DNA of 35,076 nucleotides, taken from a bacterium (GTDB lineage Bacteria > Sysuimicrobiota > Sysuimicrobiia > Sysuimicrobiales > Humicultoraceae). Location: the NCBI GenBank assembly GCA_041497675.1, contig JBGQGY010000026.1, forward strand, positions 1 to 35,076, written 5' to 3'. This document shows, one piece after another, positions 9,068 to 15,840 of this stretch. A model generated the notes under the pieces. That model saw only the letters and a list, made by a program, of their open reading frames with translations. It did no database searches and was not told the origin of the DNA. Position numbers and translations under genes: made by a program. The first letter of the stretch is position 1, and the number at the start of each line of letters is the position of its first letter.

Positions 9068-9526
9068 TTACTGTGCGGTGACGATGAGGTACCCGCGCAT
9101 CTGGTCGTGGTCGGGGGTGCAGTGTCCCTTTGCCGGATCGTGCGGGAGGATGCACCGGTATTCGAACACCCCGACCTCGTCTGCGGTGAAGGTCAGACGC
9201 GCACTCGCGCCCGGCTTCAGGATGTCGGTTGTGCGGTGATAGGCGGTCATCTCAAACTGGTGCGAGAAGCGATCGGGGTTTGCCACGGCGAGGTCCACCG
9301 TATCGCCCTCTCGCACAACCATCATCGTCGGATACCAGCGATGCGCGAAGACGCCCTCGCCCGCAAAGGTGGCCACGACCATGGCGAGCGAGATCGTCGC
9401 CGGCGCGCGTTGCCCCGTGACCCCTAAAGCACGCGAGCGCATGCTGTAGATGACCAGACTCGAAATCAGAGCCAGGATGGAGAGGGTCAGGGCAACGTAT
9501 GCGAGGCCGGTGCCGGGCCGGTTCAT
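9068..9526 (-). CDS. Cupredoxin-domain protein with atypical CuA-like motif (paralog of 8614-9063)
   Basis: N-terminal TM, EGDTVDLAVAN...SH, YRC-x10-C-x3-H-x2-M-RGYLIV; ATG at 9526 has a G-rich RBS. Confidence 0.82.
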   Translation of the reverse strand: MNRPGTGLAYVALTLSILALISSLVIYSMRSRALGVTGQRAPATISLAMVVATFAGEGVFAHRWYPTMMVVREGDTVDLAVANPDRFSHQFEMTAYHRTTDILKPGASARLTFTADEVGVFEYRCILPHDPAKGHCTPDHDQMRGYLIVTAQ

Positions 9527-9608
9527 GATGGCCGCCCCCCCTTGCTTTTGTGTATCAGCGTAGGGTAGGCGGCGGGGATGGGCCATCGGGCGGAGTCCCG
9601 ATCTTGTA

Positions 9609-9935
9609 TCAGGCGAGGACTTGTCTCAAATCCTCGTATTGCTCCCTGGTGATCTCGCCTTTGGCCAGGCGGCTCTTCAAGATCTCCAGAGGTTCTTCTG
9701 GGCTCCTCTCCTTCCGGGTGAAGGCCAGGACGATCAGCGCGATGCCACCCACGAGAAGAAGCGTTGGGAGGCCAAACCCTCCGGGGCCGCCCCATCCGCC
9801 TCGTCCCATCATGCCGGGGCCCATCATGCCGGGCCCCATCATGCCGAATCCCGACATGGACATCCCGAGAATTGAGAGTAGCACGATCATCCCCACGATC
9901 ACCACCAACACGGTTGTCAGTTGTCTCGAGTCCAT
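9609..9935 (-). CDS. SHOCT-domain membrane protein with Met/Gly repeats
   Basis: Two TMs flank GMMGPGMMGPGMMG; C-terminal PLEILKSRLAKGEITREQYEDLR is a SHOCT pattern. Confidence 0.85.
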   Translation of the reverse strand: MDSRQLTTVLVVIVGMIVLLSILGMSMSGFGMMGPGMMGPGMMGRGGWGGPGGFGLPTLLLVGGIALIVLAFTRKERSPEEPLEILKSRLAKGEITREQYEDLRQVLA

Positions 9936-9948
9936 GGTCGCGGTCTCC

Positions 9949-10578
9949 CTACAGGTGTCTTTCCTGGACAAAGGCCCCGTGCCAGTTGTGATACCAGACT
10001 CGTTCAGTGTACGCGTTCACGCTGAGCATCCCGACAGGCTTCCCGTTCTGCTCCACGTCGAAGGTGAAGTAGCCGTAAAATGGGGTGCCCTCATCGGGCT
10101 CGGCGCCGCGGAACGCGGCTGCCAGGTATTGCGCGGCTACCTGGCGCGCACGTTCCCTGGTGATCGCCTGCCCCTGCCCGTAACCCATCATGCCGCCGCC
10201 CATGTGCCCGTACTTCGTGTTCCACATCATGTTCGGCCCGGGTTCCGGATGAACGAAGCCGTTGCGCTCCACGATGACTTCCATCGCGCCCGTACCGGTG
10301 CTCTTCTCTTTCACCAAGACGTAGAAGTGGTTGGAGAACTCCATGACCTCATCGGGCGTCAGGTCGGCGTAGCCAGATGCGGTCAGGACTTCTCTGACGC
10401 GAGCGGCGGCCGTGTCGATCGTCAGTGGCCCAGACGATGGGCTCCCCTGGGCGAAGCCGCCCATCCACCCCATGTGGCCACTCCACCCTCGTTGGGCGGA
10501 AAGCGGGGGCGCCACCGCCAAGGCCAGTGCCAGCATCCCCAGGCCGGCGAACAGGTAGCGTTGCGACACCGTCATCAT
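9949..10578 (-). CDS. Exported Met/His-rich PepSY-like protein
   Basis: Signal peptide, EVMEFSNHFYV, PEPGPNMMWNTKYGHM, FYGYFT, GMLSVNAYT..VWYHNWHG. Confidence 0.65.
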   Translation of the reverse strand: MMTVSQRYLFAGLGMLALALAVAPPLSAQRGWSGHMGWMGGFAQGSPSSGPLTIDTAAARVREVLTASGYADLTPDEVMEFSNHFYVLVKEKSTGTGAMEVIVERNGFVHPEPGPNMMWNTKYGHMGGGMMGYGQGQAITRERARQVAAQYLAAAFRGAEPDEGTPFYGYFTFDVEQNGKPVGMLSVNAYTERVWYHNWHGAFVQERHL

Positions 10579-10982
10579 CCTCGTCGATCTTACAGCCCGC
10601 GGCATCTTTAATGTGCTGGTGGCGGTAGGCGAACGCTGGGAGAGCGGTTCCGGAGCGCTCCCCAGCAGCCAGAATGCCGCCACCAGCCGCACAAACACCG
10701 CGGCGATGGTCTCCGCTACCCGCATGAAAGACCACCCAAATAGCGCGGGCGGAGTCGCGTTATTCCCAGGCTAGAGGGGGGACACAGACCTGACAATCGG
10801 GCGCCCGATGTATTCCCTTCAGGATCGGGCGGGCGTCCGATGGACTGACCTTGTAGTCCTGCTGGGCGGAGCCGGAGGCTCACACCGCGACGCATGCGCC
10901 CTCCCGCCACAACGCGCTCCCCCCACAGGGCCGGCCCTCGCGGGCCCCTATGCGGGACTCGCCCGGAACCCGGGTTTGAACT

Positions 10983-11588
10983 TTAGGGTATCGGCTTGCC
11001 TGCGGCCGGACTATCGCGCGCTGAACGGATTCGGCCCAGCAACCACGCCACGTAGCCATAGGCAGTCCATATCCCACCGAGGACCACCGCCAGCAATGCC
11101 ACCTGGAGTGGAACAGGGTAGGGGCTGATGAATCCCGGCTGGGGGCTCAACTCCCCGAGGATCTCCCGCCCGGGCCGTACCTGGGGTTCGAGAGGCTTTC
11201 GCTGTCCGAGACGGAGGATCGCGCGGACCCGGCCGTCGCCTCCCACTTCGGCCAGGAATTCTCCTGGCGCGGAAGCAGCCGGCAGATCGAGCTGGGCCCG
11301 GCCTGCCGCATCGGTCGATACTCGGCCAACGGGTAGCCACCCGAAGACAGTGCGCGTCTTGACGTCGACCGATGCATCGGCCGCCGGGGCGCCCTTAGCA
11401 TCGACGACCAGGACGGTGAGCCGGACTGTCCCGTCAGGGCCGATACTGGCCTGGAGCGTCAGCGTGGCGGGTTCGGCGGCGATTGCCGGAAGCGCGGCGG
11501 GTCCGGCCGCAATCAAGAGCGCGGCGAGGACCGCGAGGAGCCCTCCCGTGGAGGCGCGGCTAGGCCGGGGCAGCGACGGATTTCTCAT
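10983..11588 (-). CDS. Ig-like (Big_1-type) exported protein with C-terminal TM
   Basis: Signal peptide, LTVLVVDAKGAPAADASV...FGWLPVG..STDAAGRAQL, C-terminal TM; directly follows the NrfD-like gene. Confidence 0.6.
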   Translation of the reverse strand: MRNPSLPRPSRASTGGLLAVLAALLIAAGPAALPAIAAEPATLTLQASIGPDGTVRLTVLVVDAKGAPAADASVDVKTRTVFGWLPVGRVSTDAAGRAQLDLPAASAPGEFLAEVGGDGRVRAILRLGQRKPLEPQVRPGREILGELSPQPGFISPYPVPLQVALLAVVLGGIWTAYGYVAWLLGRIRSARDSPAAGKPIP

Positions 11589-13131
11589 GTCCGGAAACCG
11601 TGTGGTGCTGCGTCTCCTCGCGCGTCTCCCAGATCGACACGATTGGAAACACCTTGCTGAACAAAAGATAGATGAGCACAAACCCGGCCAGAGCGGCCGC
11701 GGTGATCGACCCCTCGACCCAGGTGGGCTGATAGATCGCCCACCCTGTCGGGGCGCGCTGAATTGGGAGGAACGGGTTCTGCAGCGTCGGGACGATGATG
11801 ACGAACCGCTTCAGCCAAGCCCCGATGTTCACCAGGATCGAGGCCACAACCGCCGCGGCGACGGGCCGGTCGTGGAAGACCGGGAGGAGCGCCACGAAGA
11901 GCCATGCGCCGATGGCCAGAAGCATCCAGAGTGGAATCGGCTGCAGGATGTCGAGGCTCCCGGCCGCAGCCGTCCGGGAAGTGATCATCGAGAGCACGAA
12001 CGTGGCCGCGACATATGTGGCTGCCGCGGCAAACGCCGGCCGGGGCTGCAGCAGGCGTGCTGCCCGCAGGCGCGGGATCCAGGCGATGCGGGGGATCGTG
12101 AGCAGCAGCAGCGGCAGCAGCACTCCGCCGATCTGTGTGAACCAGAAGAGTCGTGCGAAGGGGCCGCCGAAGACCGCGGCCAAGTAGCCACGTTCGGCGA
12201 TAGCCATCTTGTACGCCGGGGTCAGGTATTCGGCGAAGGTGAAATACGCATAGATAATCCCGAGCGTGATGACCAGGTAGCCCATGCGCCGGAAGTGGGC
12301 CTCGGTGACGTACTCCTCGAGGTGATAGGCGCGACGGAAGGCCGCCATCGCCGTCACCACGGCGGCTGCTCCACTGAACAGCGCGCCGGAGACGAAGTAG
12401 GGCCCGAAAACGGTACTGTTCCACCCGGGGAGGAGCGTCATGCCAAAGATCCAGGAGACGACGGTGTGCACCGAGATGGCGATGGGGATAATGATCACGG
12501 CCAGGACGCTCATGATCGTCTCCAGGTGGTGCCGTTGTACCGCCGTTCCCTTCCAGCCAAGACTCAGGGCGGTGTACAATCGCCGTCGCCACCCCGACCC
12601 GTCTGCGTAGCGGTCACGCAGGATGGCGATGTCCGGGATCATTGGCACGTAGAGAAAGAGCGTGCTGCCCGTCAGGTACGTCGTGATCGAGAGGATGTCC
12701 CACAGGATTGGCGACTGGAGTCGCCCGTGAAGAATCAGGCTGAGGAGCCGATCCGGACGTCCCATGTCGACGAACGGCATCAGCGCGCCCATGAGCAGCG
12801 ACGCGAAGGTGATGGCCTCCGCCATTCTCGTAATCGGCCGCCGCCACTCCGCTCCGGTCAGCCGCAGGATGGCCGACATCAACGCGCCGACATGACTGAC
12901 CCCGATGAAGAAGACGAAATTGGTGATGTAGACGCCCCACATGAAGTGGTCGCGCAGGCCGGTCACGCCCAACCCGTGGCGCAGTTGCACCGCGTAGGCG
13001 ATGATCCCCCACGCGATCACCGCCAGGAGGAACCCCACCAGGGCATAGAAGCCCGGTCCTCCACCGGTCATCGAGGAAAGGAGGCGGGCCTCCCGGGCTG
13101 AGAAAGGCTCGGGTGCTCGTGGCGGTGTCAC
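11560..13131 (-). CDS. NrfD/PsrC-family (ActC-like) quinol-interacting membrane protein
   Basis: GLGVTGL, WGVYITNFVFFIGVSHVG, WRRPITRMAEAIT, DMGRPDR, SPILWD, SVHTVVSWIF, GWNST.FGPYFV.GA, RFVIIVP, YQPTWVE. Confidence 0.9.
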   Translation of the reverse strand: MTPPRAPEPFSAREARLLSSMTGGGPGFYALVGFLLAVIAWGIIAYAVQLRHGLGVTGLRDHFMWGVYITNFVFFIGVSHVGALMSAILRLTGAEWRRPITRMAEAITFASLLMGALMPFVDMGRPDRLLSLILHGRLQSPILWDILSITTYLTGSTLFLYVPMIPDIAILRDRYADGSGWRRRLYTALSLGWKGTAVQRHHLETIMSVLAVIIIPIAISVHTVVSWIFGMTLLPGWNSTVFGPYFVSGALFSGAAAVVTAMAAFRRAYHLEEYVTEAHFRRMGYLVITLGIIYAYFTFAEYLTPAYKMAIAERGYLAAVFGGPFARLFWFTQIGGVLLPLLLLTIPRIAWIPRLRAARLLQPRPAFAAAATYVAATFVLSMITSRTAAAGSLDILQPIPLWMLLAIGAWLFVALLPVFHDRPVAAAVVASILVNIGAWLKRFVIIVPTLQNPFLPIQRAPTGWAIYQPTWVEGSITAAALAGFVLIYLLFSKVFPIVSIWETREETQHHTVSGHEKSVAAPA

Positions 13132-14075
13132 CTGGACCGTCCTCCGGCAGGGGCGGGCTCGTGTTCGGGGGGCGGCGGATACACGCGCGTTCTGGGCGGC
13201 AGATAATAGACGCGAGGCTCGGTGCCGAGCTCCTCCAGAAGCCGATAGCCGGCATTTTCCTTGATCAGCTGCGAGAACCGGATCGTCTCACCCTGGGAGT
13301 TGGTGACTGCGTCTTCAACCTGGTCCCCGAAGTAGATGGCTTCCATCGGGCACGCTGCCGCGCAGGCGGGGAGCTTTCCTTCCTTAAGGAGGCCCGGGCA
13401 AAAGATGCACTTTTCCGTCGTCCCTTTTCGATGGTGGAAGTTCCAGTCCATGGAATACGGTTGCGCCATCTGCTCATCGGTGTGCGTGGGTTCCACCCAG
13501 TTGAAGCTTCGGGCTCCATACGGGCATGCGGCGATGCAGAACCGGCAGCCGATGCAGCGGGAGGTATCCTGCATGACAATGCCGTCTTCGCGCTTCCACG
13601 CGGCGCTCACGGGACAGACTTTTACGCACGGCGGATTGTCGCACTGCATGCAGGGACGGGGCAGCCAGTATCGCGCACCGGCCTCGTGGTCCTGCATTTC
13701 GTAGACGCGGATCCATTCCTGGCCCGCTGGTGCGAAATGCATGGCGGTGCAGGCGCGTGTGCATTCCCCACAGCCGTCGCACCTGGCCAGATCGATCACC
13801 ATCACCCAGCGGCGTTGCGCGATCCCGGGCTGCACGGGTCGAGGAGGTGCCGCCGCGTATGCGACCGCAGGATCGCCGTTCGGGTCCGGCAGGCCCGAGA
13901 GCCGCACAAGGGTGCCACCGTGACCGGCGCCGTTCCCGGCGGCGAGGGCCGGGATGTTCTCGCTTGCTCGCGGCGGGCGGAACCGGCCAAAGAGTCCTCC
14001 GGCCGCCCTTGACCCGACCGCAGCGGCCACCCCGGCCACCATGGCCCTCAGGAGCGACCGCCGCGAGCGCGTCAT
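13128..14075 (-). CDS. Tat-exported 4Fe-4S dicluster protein (NrfC/DmsB/ActB2-like)
   Basis: MTRSRRSLL twin-arginine signal after GGAGG; CDGCGECTRAC, CMQCDNPPCVKVCP, CIGCRFCIAACP, KCIFC...PACAAACP; GTEPRVYYL. Confidence 0.92.
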   Translation of the reverse strand: MTRSRRSLLRAMVAGVAAAVGSRAAGGLFGRFRPPRASENIPALAAGNGAGHGGTLVRLSGLPDPNGDPAVAYAAAPPRPVQPGIAQRRWVMVIDLARCDGCGECTRACTAMHFAPAGQEWIRVYEMQDHEAGARYWLPRPCMQCDNPPCVKVCPVSAAWKREDGIVMQDTSRCIGCRFCIAACPYGARSFNWVEPTHTDEQMAQPYSMDWNFHHRKGTTEKCIFCPGLLKEGKLPACAAACPMEAIYFGDQVEDAVTNSQGETIRFSQLIKENAGYRLLEELGTEPRVYYLPPRTRVYPPPPEHEPAPAGGRSR

Positions 14076-14076
14076 C

Positions 14077-14523
14077 TCATGGTCCTCCCAGGATGATGAA
14101 CTGACCGTTCTGGCTGGCGTGGTCGGTGGCGCACCCGGTGAGCGCACATCCGTAGCGGTAAATGCCGGGCCGCTTGGCCTCGAAGCGCACCGTGACGGTC
14201 TGGCCCGAGGGTATGGACGGGATCGTGACGTTGAGCGCGCCCAGTGAAAACCCGTGAGCGCTCTCAGGGTCCGCGTTCGTAATCCGCAGGATCACCGTGT
14301 CGCGGGCATTGACGACGATGCCGGACGGGACCCACTGGTGCACCTTCTCGTCACCTGCGCTGAACGTATGCAGATAGAGGTGGAACTGCCGGGTTTCGGG
14401 CGTGACGGGCGGCGACGCTGAAGCCGGGGGCTTGTAGCTTTGAAATACCAGGTACCCGACCGTCATCGCCAACAAGACGATGGCGAACACCGCGACGATG
14501 GTCGTGGTCCCCCTGCCGTTCAT
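14077..14523 (-). CDS. Membrane-anchored cupredoxin with CuA-like motif variant
   Basis: N-terminal TM, DTVILRITN...HGF, PGIYRYG-C-x4-C-x3-H-x2-Q-NGQFII. Confidence 0.8.
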   Translation of the reverse strand: MNGRGTTTIVAVFAIVLLAMTVGYLVFQSYKPPASASPPVTPETRQFHLYLHTFSAGDEKVHQWVPSGIVVNARDTVILRITNADPESAHGFSLGALNVTIPSIPSGQTVTVRFEAKRPGIYRYGCALTGCATDHASQNGQFIILGGP

Positions 14524-14544
14524 GTTAGAGTCGTCTCCTCCCGG

Positions 14545-15033
14545 TTACTTCACCACGAGCGTCCCCTTCATCCCCAATGTATAGTGATCTTTCTGGTCCT
14601 TGATCAGGCATCCTATCTCGAACGTCCCGGTCTTCTTGGGCGTGAACTTCACTTCGGCGGACTTGCCGGCGGCCACCTCGATCTCGAAAATGTTCGTCCC
14701 CTCGACCTCGACGCTGCCGCCTTCCACCTTGACCTCAATGTCTTTGAAGTAGGAATTACCCTCCGCCCAATCCTTGAGTTGCTCGCGGGATGTTCCGGCC
14801 TTGGGCATGGCGTACACCGCGAACTCGTGTTTGACATTGCCCTTGTTCACGAGCGCGATTTCGGCTTTTACGCCCGCCTGCAGCGTGACGCGATCGGGTC
14901 GGAAGACCATACGCCCGCCTTCGTCCGCCATGGTGACGGTCACCTTCTGTTGTGTCGCCCCCGTGGCTGAGGCCCCGAGAAATGAAAACACCAGCAGCGC
15001 GGCGACAGCAAAGATCCCAATCTGTCTTTGCAT
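14545..15033 (-). CDS. Exported type-1 cupredoxin (CopI/auracyanin-like)
   Basis: Signal peptide, F.PD.VT, NKGNVKHEF, GTFEIG-C-x7-H-x4-M-KGTLVV. Confidence 0.88.
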   Translation of the reverse strand: MQRQIGIFAVAALLVFSFLGASATGATQQKVTVTMADEGGRMVFRPDRVTLQAGVKAEIALVNKGNVKHEFAVYAMPKAGTSREQLKDWAEGNSYFKDIEVKVEGGSVEVEGTNIFEIEVAAGKSAEVKFTPKKTGTFEIGCLIKDQKDHYTLGMKGTLVVK

Positions 15034-15136
15034 CCTGCTCACCTCCACGACGTGTGGTATTCATACATTGCACTTTGACCCTAGACCCCGGAGGCGTTCA
15101 GCGACAACATACCCGTGAGTAGTTCTCGGAGGAATA

Positions 15137-15158
15137 GACCTACCCATTTGGGTAGGTC
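15137..15158. promoter_or_regulatory. Inverted repeat; candidate NarL/LuxR-family operator
   Basis: GACCTACCCA-TT-TGGGTAGGTC, perfect 10-bp arms with no U-tract; upstream of the cupredoxin-NrfCD run and adjacent to a NarL-type regulator. Confidence 0.55.
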
Positions 15159-15195
15159 AGCGCATGATATTCCAGGAGAAGAATTGATGGCACGC

Positions 15196-15840
15196 TTACG
15201 GTTGCGGGAGCCATCCTTTGCGCGCCGCGTACGCAACGACTTCGGCGCGGTTACGGAGGTGAAGTTTCTCCAGGATGTTCTTCATATGGAACTTCACGGT
15301 GTTTTCGGAGATGTGCAGCATGGCCGAGACCTCGCGGTTGGAGGCGCCGCTGCTCACGGACCGCAGCACCTCCCGCTCGCGGTCCGTCAAGTCGTCCTCC
15401 ACCGCACGCTCGGTGCGCTCCGACTGATGCCGCGCGAACTCTTCCAGGATCCGGCCGGCCAGCCGTCGCGAGATCGGCGGTTCGCCTCGTTCAATCCCAC
15501 TGAGGAGATTGAAAAACTCATCTGCCTGTAGGTCCTTGAGGAGATAGCCCTGGGCGCCGCTCTTGATCGCGTCGAACAGCAAGCGGTCTTCATCGGAAAC
15601 GGTAAGGATCACGATCTTTACGTCCGGCAGCCCAACCTTGATCAGGCGGGTCGCTTCCAGCCCATCCATCCCGGGCATGGTGATATCCATCAGGATGACA
15701 TCGGGCTTCAGGCGCAGCGCCGTCTCCAGGGCTTCCCGGCCGTCGCCGGCTTCCCCGACAACCTCTACTCCCCGTGCCTCCAGCAGGCTGCGCACTCCGT
15801 CGCGGAAGAGCGGGTGGTCATCCACCAGCAGGACGCGCAT
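15196..15840 (-). CDS. NarL/LuxR-family response regulator
   Basis: MRVLLVDDHPLFRDG, ILMDITMPGMDG, GYLLKD, LTDREREVL...SNREV...ISENTVKFH. Confidence 0.96.
   Translation of the reverse strand: MRVLLVDDHPLFRDGVRSLLEARGVEVVGEAGDGREALETALRLKPDVILMDITMPGMDGLEATRLIKVGLPDVKIVILTVSDEDRLLFDAIKSGAQGYLLKDLQADEFFNLLSGIERGEPPISRRLAGRILEEFARHQSERTERAVEDDLTDREREVLRSVSSGASNREVSAMLHISENTVKFHMKNILEKLHLRNRAEVVAYAARKGWLPQP

Noticed and set aside
11128..13101. Long plus-strand ORFs (657 aa here; also 23458-25572, 29593-30969, 30539-32170)
   Set aside because: Antisense to well-supported genes; long open antisense frames are expected at high GC.
8614..14523. nosZ or cytochrome oxidase subunit II assignment for the CuA-like proteins
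   Set aside because: No NosZ propeller/CuZ domain and no oxidase subunit I; the proteins are only ~150 aa with non-canonical Cys spacing.
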